The translations under genes were made by a program, and so were the position numbers. This document shows, piece by piece, positions 30,768-41,133 of a DNA stretch of 64,000 nucleotides (its first letter is position 1; each line of letters opens with the position of its first letter). The DNA lies in the IMG/VR virus record IMGVR_UViG_3300046453_000081, positions 45,236-109,235 of that record; one strand, 5' to 3'. Below the pieces are notes generated by a model, which saw only the letters and a program-made list of their open reading frames with translations, searched no databases and was not told the DNA's origin. This stretch comes from a virus.

Positions 30768-31394
30768 TTAATCACTCAAATCACCGCCCCTTATATCTAT
30801 ATTCGTAATAACAAATCCATCTTTAATATCCTTGCCATCCCAAAAGTCGTGAGAGTATTCAACGGTAAACTCTATCTTTTTATAAAGCTTATTCCCCAAT
30901 CCATTTGCAACTTGCATATCATATAAAAATTTGTAAACTTTCTTTTTATCTGTTTTGTCGTAATAACTTATATCATCATCTGTTCCCTTGATAACAAAAT
31001 TTTTACTATCACCAAAATCTTTATTGATTGAATCGACAAAACTATTCCAAGTGCCATATTGTTTAATAAAAACTGGACTATCAATATATTCACTTTTGGT
31101 CATATAGAATCTGAAAAAATCCTCTTTTTCACTAGTAGTATTCAGATACTTATAATCAAATACATCAATCAAGTTATCAGTTTCTTCTAGGTAATGCCCT
31201 GCCTTATCTGTATCGCCATTTTTCATAAGGTCTAGATATGTCTCAAGTGCATCCCTAGCCCTTGACTCGCTTTGTCCTCCTGCAAATACAGTAAGTGCAA
31301 AATACCCAATAAGACCAATCATGCAAAGCGTAATAACGCCTATAATTATCTTTTTTAACACATTAACCCCTCCATTAATATGATTAAATTTCAT
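30768..31394 (-). CDS. Membrane-anchored or exported protein
   Basis: N-terminal TM helix. Confidence 0.65.
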   Translation of the reverse strand: MKFNHINGGVNVLKKIIIGVITLCMIGLIGYFALTVFAGGQSESRARDALETYLDLMKNGDTDKAGHYLEETDNLIDVFDYKYLNTTSEKEDFFRFYMTKSEYIDSPVFIKQYGTWNSFVDSINKDFGDSKNFVIKGTDDDISYYDKTDKKKVYKFLYDMQVANGLGNKLYKKIEFTVEYSHDFWDGKDIKDGFVITNIDIRGGDLSD

Positions 31395-31520
31395 TGGAGT
31401 TAATCTTGGTTGTCTCTTTTGCCCAACAAACGTCTATGGGTTCTTGAGTCTCCTCGTCACAATTACCACAAAACCATAGACAATTAATAAAGATATAGCA
31501 ATCACTACAATAACCTTGCA

Positions 31521-31802
31521 TTACTCTACACCATCCCTAAATCCCCATCTACCACTAGGATTCTCAACAATATGCTCGTCTTCTAATTCTCTTTCCATCA
31601 AGTCTTGTTTAATCCATTCAACATCGTATGTTGTAAACTTTTCCAAATCCCAATTTGGCTCTCCCTCACTTTCTCTTACATATTCGTCATAGCGTTCTGC
31701 AACTGTGTACAGGAAGTCCTTGTCATTAATAAGTGCTTTAATCAAATCAGTTTGTATTAAACTCATTAAGACTTGTTTGACATTTTCTATGCTAGTAGAC
31801 AC
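31521..31802 (-). CDS. Hypothetical protein
   Basis: ORF with RBS. Confidence 0.55.
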   Translation of the reverse strand: MSTSIENVKQVLMSLIQTDLIKALINDKDFLYTVAERYDEYVRESEGEPNWDLEKFTTYDVEWIKQDLMERELEDEHIVENPSGRWGFRDGVE

Positions 31803-31829
31803 TGTAACCCTCTCCTTGTTGAATAAGTA

Positions 31830-32015
31830 TCATAACAGATTTTTAATTCTTATTAGTTTCCTGTCTAAAATTTGAATAGAGTTTCCTGTCATTTTACCGC
31901 ATAGTTCAATAGTATCTAGCTGTGTTTCAGTCATTTCACTTTCATGGAATTCTCCATTAAATAAATTCACATATCTAACTTGAAAATATTTTAATTTACT
32001 AGGCATAGCCCCCAT
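31830..32015 (-). CDS. Hypothetical protein
   Basis: ORF. Confidence 0.5.
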   Translation of the reverse strand: MGAMPSKLKYFQVRYVNLFNGEFHESEMTETQLDTIELCGKMTGNSIQILDRKLIRIKNLL

Positions 32016-32024
32016 CCTTTCTAT

Positions 32025-32387
32025 TTATGCATAAAATACCTTTACATCAACCATGTCATTGTCTTGCACAGTAACAATAAATTTCTGATTATACTTTTTT
32101 TCCAACGCTAAAAAATCATTAAGATTGAAGTCATCTTTTGGAACATTAATTTCAAATGCAACCCACTCATATTTGGAAAAGTCTTGTTTGTGGTTCGTTT
32201 CAAATATTTCAAATAATTGTGGAATAGAAAAATTAGACGCTAAGATAAAGTGTTCTACCCCATCTTTTAATCTCATGTTTTTAATGACAACAGAATCTAA
32301 CACCACAATATTGTCAGTAAGTATTCCAGTATTAATTAATTCCTGCAAAATAATAGATTTACGTGCCTTGCCTTGTAAGATTAACAT
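32025..32387 (-). CDS. Hypothetical protein
   Basis: ORF with RBS. Confidence 0.6.
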   Translation of the reverse strand: MLILQGKARKSIILQELINTGILTDNIVVLDSVVIKNMRLKDGVEHFILASNFSIPQLFEIFETNHKQDFSKYEWVAFEINVPKDDFNLNDFLALEKKYNQKFIVTVQDNDMVDVKVFYA

Positions 32388-32569
32388 TGTATTCTCCTAT
32401 TTCTTATGGAGTAATATTTTTCTACCAATGAATCTACCGAATCCCAAACCTCAACAGGTATACGTGTATCATTAAAGATGCCTACTGCACCTACAACTCT
32501 ATTAACTATAAAAAGTTTTTCTGCAAAATTTTCTATTGTTTGCCCTGAATGTGAATGTAGTTCCATCAT
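32381..32569 (-). CDS. Hypothetical protein
   Basis: ORF. Confidence 0.5.
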   Translation of the reverse strand: MMELHSHSGQTIENFAEKLFIVNRVVGAVGIFNDTRIPVEVWDSVDSLVEKYYSIRNRRIQC

Positions 32570-32636
32570 TATTTGTTCGCTCCCCTATTCCTCTTTTTTC
32601 ATAAACTTAATCTTAAATTCATCAATTTTTTCTTAT

Positions 32637-32897
32637 TTATCTTTTATATAAGTCAAAAGTTCCATCAGGCAACTCTGCTTTCTCTCCATCGTAAGCAACA
32701 CCAAAAATCCCGCTATATCCTGTCTCTCTATTGATTGTTATAGAATATGCAAGAAATTCTTTCCCATCACTTAACCTTCTCACATACCACATTTTCAACA
32801 TTCCTTTCGTTGTTTTCATTTTTGGTTTCACGTTCTTATAGTCAGGGGAACAAGCCCCTGACCCATTTAGAAATTCTCTCCTGTTTCTTCTCCCCAT
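32637..32897 (-). CDS. Hypothetical protein
   Basis: ORF. Confidence 0.5.
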   Translation of the reverse strand: MGRRNRREFLNGSGACSPDYKNVKPKMKTTKGMLKMWYVRRLSDGKEFLAYSITINRETGYSGIFGVAYDGEKAELPDGTFDLYKR

Positions 32898-33155
32898 TGT
32901 TCTCTTGGGGCTAATCGTTGACCAAGACCATTGTATTCAGTCCCACAGCTATCACATTCATTCGCCCAACTGTTAGTTAGCACCACTGTTTCACCGCAAC
33001 ATTTACATTTAATTTCTTTTACTTCAAATGCCATATTAACCAATCCCTTCCTTATCTATATACCAAGTATAGCATACAAACAATCCATTTACAATGGGTT
33101 TTTGGATGAATATCGACAATATTTTATATGTATCATAGGGGGCAAGCCCCCTCTT

Positions 33156-33515
33156 TTATCTATGATACAAATTAATATACATGTTGTAATCGTCTTTTGC
33201 AGGTATCATTCTGACCCATACATCAATATTTTTATGTTGGAAGTAATAATTAACACTGTCATATGGATTCTCTAAGTACCCTGTGTACTTCAACAATTTA
33301 CTATAAGTATTCACTTCATCACTACACACAAAATTCACAGCTTCATCCATATCTTCAGCGCTAATACCAAATTCATCAATTTTGTTTTTCCAATTCCCTG
33401 TACCAAACCATGTTTTATATGGTCTGACATCTCTCCCGCCATCAAAGTCTGCTCTCATATGCCCTAATTTTTTAGTTTGGTCAAAATCAAATGGGCATTC
33501 CTTTATTAATTTCAT
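33156..33515 (-). CDS. Hypothetical protein
   Basis: ORF with GGAGGG RBS. Confidence 0.6.
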   Translation of the reverse strand: MKLIKECPFDFDQTKKLGHMRADFDGGRDVRPYKTWFGTGNWKNKIDEFGISAEDMDEAVNFVCSDEVNTYSKLLKYTGYLENPYDSVNYYFQHKNIDVWVRMIPAKDDYNMYINLYHR

Positions 33516-33527
33516 TAAATACCCCTC

Positions 33528-33860
33528 CTATTGTAATTGCTTTTCAAATTCCTTATATCCTGCTTCAAAACAATCCTTACCACATACAGGTGTTTCTTCA
33601 ACATAATATTCAACATCGTGTTCAGGCATATTTATTTCTTTATTGCAGTGTCCACATTTCTCAACTATCTTAGGCTCATAATGTCCGCAAATTAATGGCA
33701 ACTTAAATTCATCGAATTCTACTTCTTCAAAAATTTCTTCACTAACATTTTCATTTTGGCATTCAGTATAATCAGGTTCAGGTGGGTCATAGTAAGTACC
33801 CATAAATCCCCTGATAAATTTGCCATGTTTACAATGTTGACACTCTCTTATACCTTTCAC
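33528..33860 (-). CDS. Cys-rich Zn-binding protein
   Basis: Multiple CxxC; GTG start after GAAAGGG. Confidence 0.6.
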   Translation of the reverse strand: MKGIRECQHCKHGKFIRGFMGTYYDPPEPDYTECQNENVSEEIFEEVEFDEFKLPLICGHYEPKIVEKCGHCNKEINMPEHDVEYYVEETPVCGKDCFEAGYKEFEKQLQ

Positions 33861-33948
33861 TCTAATCAGCCCTTTCTTTACCTTATATATCCATTGTAGC
33901 AAATTCCAAATCCAATTTCAATGGATTATTAAAACAAATAATGAAAAG

Positions 33949-34308
33949 CTATAGATTAAAGTAACTGTCTAGATTGTTTCCTTTTACCCAACATTCAAAG
34001 GTGTGTTCTCCACCATCTTTATAAATTAATTCTATTGAAGGTGTAGCCCAAGAACTATAGGTAAAAGCATACATATTCTCTTTTGGAATGTATCCATCTA
34101 TTTTATTCCAAACTTCATCTGCTGTAGAAAACCAATCTTCTGCCAAACCTACTGATACGGATTCAAGGTTGCCTTTCCTAGTTTCTATGTTTTCTTTGAC
34201 TTTTTTCCAATCAATTTGTTTGAATACTGCTTTCTTCTTCTTTTTCTTATTTTCCAATATATGAAGTATGTTTTGCAATCTTGGATAAGCCTTTTTGATT
34301 AGATACAT
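33949..34308 (-). CDS. Hypothetical protein
   Basis: ORF with GLAEDWFSTA and SSWATP motifs. Confidence 0.6.
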   Translation of the reverse strand: MYLIKKAYPRLQNILHILENKKKKKKAVFKQIDWKKVKENIETRKGNLESVSVGLAEDWFSTADEVWNKIDGYIPKENMYAFTYSSWATPSIELIYKDGGEHTFECWVKGNNLDSYFNL

Positions 34309-34368
34309 CTAATATTCTCCTTTGTCTTCTTTAATTAGATAGGAGATAAAATTCTCTCTCCTATCTAA

Positions 34369-34755
34369 TTACCTCTTTTCCCAATATCCATATAGTGATT
34401 TGTCTCCGCAATCCCATAGGTCATAATAAAATCCATCAACACTTGATACAATATGGTTCGCTACTCTCAAAACAAACGTGCCTTTCTTATTATCTTTAGC
34501 GAACGATTCTACTGTAGGTCTTTTACTGCCTTTTCTATTTGATATTTTATGTTCGATGAAGCTATTTCTTTTAAGGTATTCTTTCCATGCTTCATCATCA
34601 TTTGGCATAACCTTTAATTCAAAACCAATCTCACACAACTCTCTGTAGACAGCATCCCATTCTTTGCCTGTAGCCTTACAAATTGCCCTGACTACACAAT
34701 CCCCTGTCTCTTTCTTTTTTGGGTTTGCATTATAATAAAGGTTTCTTGTTTTCAT
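34369..34755 (-). CDS. Conserved phage protein (NANP...GDCVVRAI family)
   Basis: Cys and His motifs (DCVVRAI, NHIV, YYDLWD). Confidence 0.65.
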   Translation of the reverse strand: MKTRNLYYNANPKKKETGDCVVRAICKATGKEWDAVYRELCEIGFELKVMPNDDEAWKEYLKRNSFIEHKISNRKGSKRPTVESFAKDNKKGTFVLRVANHIVSSVDGFYYDLWDCGDKSLYGYWEKR

Positions 34756-34860
34756 TAGGTTTCCCCCTTTCTCTATCACCTAAATAAAGTATAACATATG
34801 TATAATCCAATGTCAATGGGTTAAGAAGGTAAAAAATGAGGAAAGTTAACCTTTCCACAA

Positions 34861-35526
34861 TTATTTATTCAAGTATGCTAATGACCCGCCAACTTTTCTC
34901 AATTTACTATCAATGAATTCCAAGTCTCTTTCTTGCTCTTGCATTTGAGTACATAATAAAACTTTTCTCTCCAAATACTGCTTCTTAGCCTTTTCTGACT
35001 TTGATTTATACATCTTGCGTTCTAATTCAGCTATTTCTATGTTGTTATTTAATTTGTCTTCAATAACTTTTTTCTTTAAGTGTTTTCTCTTTCTATTTAA
35101 CTTTCTCATTTCTTTTAACTGCATTTGAATAATTGCATCTTTAATTTCACTGTAATTATTTAAAACTTCTGATAGATAGCGTTCACCATAGGGGACTAAA
35201 GTGTTTACATTTTTATAGTCTTTGCTAACATGAATGCCCATTTTTTCATGTGCGAACAAGTGTGATTCATTACCATCACTAGCAGGGACTAGACCCACAT
35301 ATTTTGCTTTTTTCAACGCTTCCCTTACTGTCATGTCTACCTCAACATCATTCTTTAAATCAAAGCGTTCCCTACCCCTCTTTTTTGCATGTGCGGAAAC
35401 AATTAGATGGTTAATTGTAGACAACGTTAAACCATTATCTAACTCATTTGGAGTTAGCTTTACTTCTTCTATTCGAATTTTTTTAAAGGCATCAGCCATT
35501 GCGGTTTCTGTTACACTCAAGAACAA
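34861..35526 (-). CDS. Hypothetical protein with C-terminal coiled coil
   Basis: 221-aa ORF. Confidence 0.6.
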   Translation of the reverse strand: MFLSVTETAMADAFKKIRIEEVKLTPNELDNGLTLSTINHLIVSAHAKKRGRERFDLKNDVEVDMTVREALKKAKYVGLVPASDGNESHLFAHEKMGIHVSKDYKNVNTLVPYGERYLSEVLNNYSEIKDAIIQMQLKEMRKLNRKRKHLKKKVIEDKLNNNIEIAELERKMYKSKSEKAKKQYLERKVLLCTQMQEQERDLEFIDSKLRKVGGSLAYLNK

Positions 35527-35558
35527 TCAACTCCTATAATTATATTTATCATTTGGTT

Positions 35559-36194
35559 CTATGCAACTACTTCTGTTTTAGCTGTTGAACTAACATAATC
35601 CTGAAACATGCCCTTTATTCTGTCTAGGACGACATCATAAGTGTATGTGCTTATAATATTGTACTGTGTCTTATAACACCCTCCAAAATCAATTATGATG
35701 GGTATTCCGCTTTTTTTCTCGACTAGGATATTGTGTCCATGCAAATCATTCAAGGTGATTTTTTTGGAAACCATAATGTCAAGTGTTTTTTTAAAATTTT
35801 CAACGAAGCGGGTATTTAACCTGAATTGGTTACGGTAATCAGCAATACTCACCCCATCAATAAAATCGACAATCATTATAAATTGACCATCCAAACTTGT
35901 ATTGTCATAAGCATGGATTCTTGGGATATACTTGTTTCCCCTTAGTTCTAATAGTGTCTCAATATCGTATGCCCTCTCAACGTTTGCACCACTATAGTAC
36001 TGCTTAGAATACTTGATAGCAAATGTTTTCCCATTCAAAGAGGTGTATTTATACACTACTCCGAAGCATCCTGACCCAATTTTCTGAAGCGTTTCCAGTT
36101 TTCCATCTTTAAACATTTCTTCAATAATCTCAATGTCTGCATTCTTGATAGTCCTTCCAACCTTTGTTAGCTTAATCTCTCTGCTTAAATTCAT
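35559..36194 (-). CDS. Ser/Thr (Hanks-type) protein kinase, catalytic domain only
   Basis: IGSGCFGVVY, FAIK, NDLHGHNILV, IIDFG. Confidence 0.85.
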   Translation of the reverse strand: MNLSREIKLTKVGRTIKNADIEIIEEMFKDGKLETLQKIGSGCFGVVYKYTSLNGKTFAIKYSKQYYSGANVERAYDIETLLELRGNKYIPRIHAYDNTSLDGQFIMIVDFIDGVSIADYRNQFRLNTRFVENFKKTLDIMVSKKITLNDLHGHNILVEKKSGIPIIIDFGGCYKTQYNIISTYTYDVVLDRIKGMFQDYVSSTAKTEVVA

Positions 36195-36451
36195 CAGAAT
36201 TTAAATCTCCCTTCATTATATTTATCACTTAGCCAACTAAATCAAAGCTTACCATTTGCCGACAATCTTAGAAGTATTTATATTATGTATGTCAACCTAA
36301 CAAATATATTTTAACACACACTTATTTTGAAAACAATAGTTTTTTTAATTTTATGTATCATTTGATGATTTACTTATTCAGATTATTAATAACATGAATA
36401 GCTTAATTAAGGTCAAAATAAAAACAGGGAGTAGACCCCCCTGTTTGTACA

Positions 36452-37684
36452 TCATCCAACCTGATTACTAATTTGTTCAAGATTAGACTTGAGTTTTTCT
36501 TCGCCTTTGTCTTTTCTGCCATTGACGAAATCTGTGAATGCCTTGTCCATTGCGTTAATCCTAATAACTACATTTTCTTTTTTAGCGCTTCCACTCTGAC
36601 ATGCGTTGCTGTATTCACTATCTTTGCTGTAGTTCTTAACAAGGAAATCAACAAGGAAGTCTCCAAATAATGACTTGTCAACATCGTTTTCATCAGCTTT
36701 TATTGCTGTAATGATAATCATAGGGATATTAACCTTTTTGAAAATCTGTGACAACTCTGCCTTACTTAATTCATTACATACGATAGAAAGATAATTATCA
36801 GCCTTAACGAATTTATTGAAAACATCTACACTAATCAATTCATTCTTTTCTTTCAATTCGTTTACATAGCTTTGAATTTGAACACTACCAATTCCTCTAA
36901 AAGTGTGTTCGTTGTCTAACAACATTGCGGTTTGTATGATTAATTCTTGGTCAGTGAATCTATTTTTAGCTGACTTTGACAGTAATACATAGTTTGTAAA
37001 GAATTCCATTTTTGAAATGTCTTCAATTTGAGAAATTAAATCACTGTACATGGCTCTAGTTTGTTCTATTTTTGATAGCGGTGTTCCACGATTTAATCTC
37101 ACAAACATTTCATCACGTTCTTCATCCGTCATATCTACCATCTGATAAATGGTGAAGTTCGTTGATAAAATTTCTTCTCGAAATTCTTCAGGCAGTTCTT
37201 TGAACAACTTACCGCCAATCGCTTCATTAAAGCATTTAGGTGTTGATTTATGCAATCTAAATTCGTTAAGTACAAAGTCAATTACACAGCTTAAACGTTG
37301 TTTACCATCAAGCATCCAAAGAATTCCATCACCTTTGTCTTGAGCATATGCAGGTGGGAATGGGAATCCGTAAATTAAACTATGAATGAAAAGACTTTTT
37401 TGCTGACTTGACCAAACTGAATTCCTTTGAATACTTAGGTCAAAACGAATTTTTTCTTTTTGCTTTACGATTTTTCTGATATTTCTTGGAATATGGTTCT
37501 TCTCAAGTGAAGTTGTTCTGATGATTTTTGGTTTCGCTTCTTCTTTTTTGTCTGCTTTTCCTTGGCTATCTGTTGGAACATCTGCTTGACCTTGGCTATC
37601 TGCTTGGTTCTCGTCAAGATTTTGATTTTCATTCATTTTATTTTCTTCTTGTACTACTTCTGCTTTTTCTAATGTTTTTTCCAT
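36452..37684 (-). CDS. DUF262 (ParB/GmrS-like) domain protein
   Basis: IQRNSVWS..Q..LFIHSLI, LDGKQRL, FVRLNRGTPLS. Confidence 0.85.
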   Translation of the reverse strand: MEKTLEKAEVVQEENKMNENQNLDENQADSQGQADVPTDSQGKADKKEEAKPKIIRTTSLEKNHIPRNIRKIVKQKEKIRFDLSIQRNSVWSSQQKSLFIHSLIYGFPFPPAYAQDKGDGILWMLDGKQRLSCVIDFVLNEFRLHKSTPKCFNEAIGGKLFKELPEEFREEILSTNFTIYQMVDMTDEERDEMFVRLNRGTPLSKIEQTRAMYSDLISQIEDISKMEFFTNYVLLSKSAKNRFTDQELIIQTAMLLDNEHTFRGIGSVQIQSYVNELKEKNELISVDVFNKFVKADNYLSIVCNELSKAELSQIFKKVNIPMIIITAIKADENDVDKSLFGDFLVDFLVKNYSKDSEYSNACQSGSAKKENVVIRINAMDKAFTDFVNGRKDKGEEKLKSNLEQISNQVG

Positions 37685-37802
37685 GGCTATCTTCCCTTTC
37701 AGTTTAGGTTTTTAGTTTTGTTTTACTTCTTAATTCAATATTACCATATTCTTTATCCATTTTCAATGGGTTTTATAATATTTTTATTATTTTTTATTTT
37801 AT

Positions 37803-37837
37803 CATGGTGAAGGTTGAATAACAACCCTCACCATGAT
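37803..37837. terminator. Hairpin, probable terminator
   Basis: CATGGTGAAGGTTG...CAACCCTCACCATG. Confidence 0.5.
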
Positions 37838-37842
37838 ATTTG

Positions 37843-38190
37843 TTAGCCCCAAATCATGTTTCTTCTATCTTGAAAACGTTTTTGTATTCTAGAAATCATT
37901 TCTTCTGTCAAGCTAGTAGTATTACCTTCATCATCGTGACTTGCAAAGAATACATCACCAACAACTACATCAATCACTTTATCATTGCGGACTAAGTTGA
38001 AATTTGGTTGAAGCCCATTCAGTTTTCCTTCTTCATTTAACCATAAATCAATTTCGTCATCAATCATAAGCCTTTCAATATAGCCCCCAACTAACTCCTG
38101 ACTTGTCTTATAATCATCACCCTTTGTAACAACCCTTGCTTCAAAATCCGATGCTTTTAATTGAAGAATTTTTATCATTTCCACTACCAA
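37843..38190 (-). CDS. DUF3846-like protein
   Basis: QELVGGYIE, LWLNEEGKL, VVVGD, TTSLT. Confidence 0.75.
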   Translation of the reverse strand: MVVEMIKILQLKASDFEARVVTKGDDYKTSQELVGGYIERLMIDDEIDLWLNEEGKLNGLQPNFNLVRNDKVIDVVVGDVFFASHDDEGNTTSLTEEMISRIQKRFQDRRNMIWG

Positions 38191-38373
38191 TCAATCCCTT
38201 TCTCTACTTATTTACTTCCTAATTCAATATTACCACAATCTCTAACCCATTTCAACTGGATTTTATATTTTTTTATCCTTTTTTAAAATCTTTTTACTGA
38301 TTATATTTTATACTTTTAACTATACTTCAATTATTGGCACAATGTCAATAATTAAAACAAATTATTTTGAATA

Positions 38374-38691
38374 TTATGTAATATCTCTTATGATAGTATT
38401 AACATATTTGCGCCTATAATGATATTCGCAAAGCCCTCTAGAAAAAACCAACTTTCCACACTTAGGGCAGTAATCCCCTCTCAGCCTTGAATTATGCTCT
38501 TTTAAGTGCGTATTGCACATCCCCTTGGCTTTTACTACATTGTTGCAATCGCTGACCTTACAGACTGAATTCTGCATCTGTTTACGGTATTGTTTAGCCC
38601 TGCATGATTCACATAGTGTTCTTTGTTTTATTTCTTTCCCGCAATCAATACATTTTTTTGTTTCTTCCATAATTAATACCCTTTCTTGCAA
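38374..38691 (-). CDS. Zn-finger repeat protein
   Basis: CxxC and KGMCxxH / RGLCxxH repeats. Confidence 0.6.
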   Translation of the reverse strand: MQERVLIMEETKKCIDCGKEIKQRTLCESCRAKQYRKQMQNSVCKVSDCNNVVKAKGMCNTHLKEHNSRLRGDYCPKCGKLVFSRGLCEYHYRRKYVNTIIRDIT

Positions 38692-38841
38692 GATTTACTT
38701 CCTCAATAATTAATCCAATTCAAATGGGTTAATTATTCAAAAAGCAAGGTATTTAATATTAATAATATAAATACCTTGTAAATTTCAGTCATAAAACTGA
38801 AAGGATTGATTGTATTAATATTGTACCACAACTCGACAATT

Positions 38842-39024
38842 TTATACAAGACTTTTAATCTTGGGAACAAGATAATTCTCCAATATTTCTTTTGAAAATT
38901 TGTGTGCCAGTTCCACTTCTCCATCTTTGAGCATATCACCCTCTTTCAACATGAATAGGACAAACTCAACATACCTCATTGAAAACATGACATCTTTGAC
39001 TTCCATAAACTTCTCCTTTAACAT
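38842..39024 (-). CDS. Hypothetical protein
   Basis: ORF. Confidence 0.5.
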   Translation of the reverse strand: MLKEKFMEVKDVMFSMRYVEFVLFMLKEGDMLKDGEVELAHKFSKEILENYLVPKIKSLV

Positions 39025-39266
39025 TTGATGTCAATCTCTACACTTAAACTATCTATGTCTTTAATTTCATAGGGGACACTAGGAACAAACTTATCTAACT
39101 TTTCAGAAATCTCCTTGTATATATTCTCACTCTTATAGAATGTGCAATAACCCTTATAGTATAGTTTGTCAAAGATGTTAAAATAGAAACTGCCATATTC
39201 TTGTGTTTCAAAGAGTTTGCTCCACTCTGCGGATTGTTCTTTTGTGTATTCAGGATATTTTTTCAA
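39018..39266 (-). CDS. Hypothetical protein
   Basis: ORF. Confidence 0.55.
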   Translation of the reverse strand: MKKYPEYTKEQSAEWSKLFETQEYGSFYFNIFDKLYYKGYCTFYKSENIYKEISEKLDKFVPSVPYEIKDIDSLSVEIDIKC

Positions 39267-39301
39267 TCAATAAACCCCCATTTTAATTTAAAGTAGTATT
39301 T

Positions 39302-39637
39302 TTAGTTGCCACTCAACCACGCTACACTAACTATAAAATCCTTATCATTTTCTATAATTCCATAATCATATTTATCATAATAACTGTCAGAACCAATTGT
39401 TAATTTTAAAAAATGTTCTATTGTCTTTTCTGACACTCCGTATAATTCAATAGCAATATCAATTGCCCATGGAATTGTAGACTCATACCCACCCTCCACT
39501 ACTTCTTCAGGTAAATACTCAATACCATTGTTCCCATTCATGTCTTCATCAAATTCAAAATTAAAAACTACATCCTCTCTAAAATTCTCCTTTGTAAGTG
39601 TTGTAAATGCATGTCCTAAATTATAACTTCTACTCAT
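39302..39637 (-). CDS. Acidic hypothetical protein
   Basis: ORF with GGAGGG RBS. Confidence 0.6.
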   Translation of the reverse strand: MSRSYNLGHAFTTLTKENFREDVVFNFEFDEDMNGNNGIEYLPEEVVEGGYESTIPWAIDIAIELYGVSEKTIEHFLKLTIGSDSYYDKYDYGIIENDKDFIVSVAWLSGN

Positions 39638-39688
39638 AACGAATCCCTCCGATTAAATAATTTATTCATCAATTTTCATTTTATTTAA

Positions 39689-40057
39689 TTATTGTAAACC
39701 TAACGCTTCTCTTATTTCTTTCTGTTTCTGCTTTTTACCTCTCATATAACCTTCATCACGCTCTCTAGCAATAACATGTCCAATATCTACAATAAATTCA
39801 ATAACACCAAATCTTTGAATGACTAATCCATATAGATACTCATACAATTCGGTTGAATCACCTTTTTCTAGCAACCCATCTATATGGTCTAAAACTTGTA
39901 CATCAGTGATGTTGTATTCCTTTCCAAATCTACTATTAAACCTATATAGCTTCCTAGCATTAAGATACCCGCCCCGCCTAATAGCCAATTCATCACAGAC
40001 TGTTTTCACATAACTTCCACTTGTATTATCTTCTTCGCCAATCCATTTTTCCATCAT
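39689..40057 (-). CDS. Hypothetical protein
   Basis: ORF; likely start MMEKW. Confidence 0.55.
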   Translation of the reverse strand: MMEKWIGEEDNTSGSYVKTVCDELAIRRGGYLNARKLYRFNSRFGKEYNITDVQVLDHIDGLLEKGDSTELYEYLYGLVIQRFGVIEFIVDIGHVIARERDEGYMRGKKQKQKEIREALGLQ

Positions 40058-40428
40058 TGTTTCACCCCAATTGGAATAGTTATTTAATTCTTTCCCATAA
40101 CACCATGCAACCATATATTCCTTCTAGTTCACCAATAATCCTATCTATTTCATTACCACTTAGTTTTGATTTTGATTTTACAGCTTTTAAAATTTCACCA
40201 TCATATTCATCTGTAAAATGATATTCAAACATATTGCCACCTCATTTAATATTATCATTTCATTCAACTTTCCAAGGCTCATAACATAAATCGTATTGTG
40301 GATATTTTTCAATTAATTTAATTGCTTTTTCTTCACTATCCACAATCATAAATAATGTTTTGTCATTGTCATCATAATAGTTTTCTAATTGATAAAAAAC
40401 ACAATAAACCATGTTTTACCCCCCCTCA

Positions 40429-40614
40429 TTATATATGCCTTACTATATCGTTTACATAATGAAATGCTTCGCTGTCACTCATACCGTATGTCTCCATCAA
40501 GTATTGAACAGATGAATATTTGCCCATTCTAGACCCATCAATACAGTATATCAATACAATATGACCACCCATTTTTTCATAAGTCCAAAAATCTTTTTCA
40601 CTGTTAGGCTTCAT
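40429..40614 (-). CDS. Hypothetical protein
   Basis: ORF. Confidence 0.5.
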   Translation of the reverse strand: MKPNSEKDFWTYEKMGGHIVLIYCIDGSRMGKYSSVQYLMETYGMSDSEAFHYVNDIVRHI

Positions 40615-40790
40615 TTTTTATCTGCCCCCCTATTGTCATATATATGAGATACATACATGGGGGCATTGATTATCTGCTTCATTTTCTCCATATGCTTTTC
40701 AGCCTGTTCTCTTGTGTCCCACCTTCTATTGTCTACAGACATTGGCATTGCATTTTCTTGAAACGTCATTACTTTAAAGTATTCTTTCAA
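40611..40790 (-). CDS. Hypothetical protein
   Basis: Follows GAAAGGGTTGATT RBS. Confidence 0.55.
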   Translation of the reverse strand: MKEYFKVMTFQENAMPMSVDNRRWDTREQAEKHMEKMKQIINAPMYVSHIYDNRGADKK

Positions 40791-40900
40791 TTGAATCAAC
40801 CCTTTCCTTATCTATATACCAATTGTAACACATCTATAATCCATTTTCAATGGGTTTTAAAAACTTTTTTATGTATTGAAAGGGAAGCTAATCCCCTTCC

Positions 40901-41101
40901 TTAATCATATGTCATAGCAAGTAGTAGCCTAAAAGTATACCAAGCTACAGCAACAAACTCAACAAACACAATCAGCGGATTGTACAATGTTCCTAGCGTC
41001 ATAAACATGATAAGTACAGCTATCAATAATTTAATAACAATTCTAGAAATTTTTTTATTATACTCCTGTGTTGACTTATCCAAAATAAAACCTCTTTCCA
41101 T
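40901..41101 (-). CDS. Small two-TM membrane protein
   Basis: Hydrophobic helices. Confidence 0.5.
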   Translation of the reverse strand: MERGFILDKSTQEYNKKISRIVIKLLIAVLIMFMTLGTLYNPLIVFVEFVAVAWYTFRLLLAMTYD

Positions 41102-41133
41102 GTTGTCGTATTTACTAATAATGTAAGGACAAA

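Noticed and set aside
2667-36230. ATTTATCACTT as DnaA boxes
   Set aside because: Does not match TTATCCACA and is not clustered like an origin.
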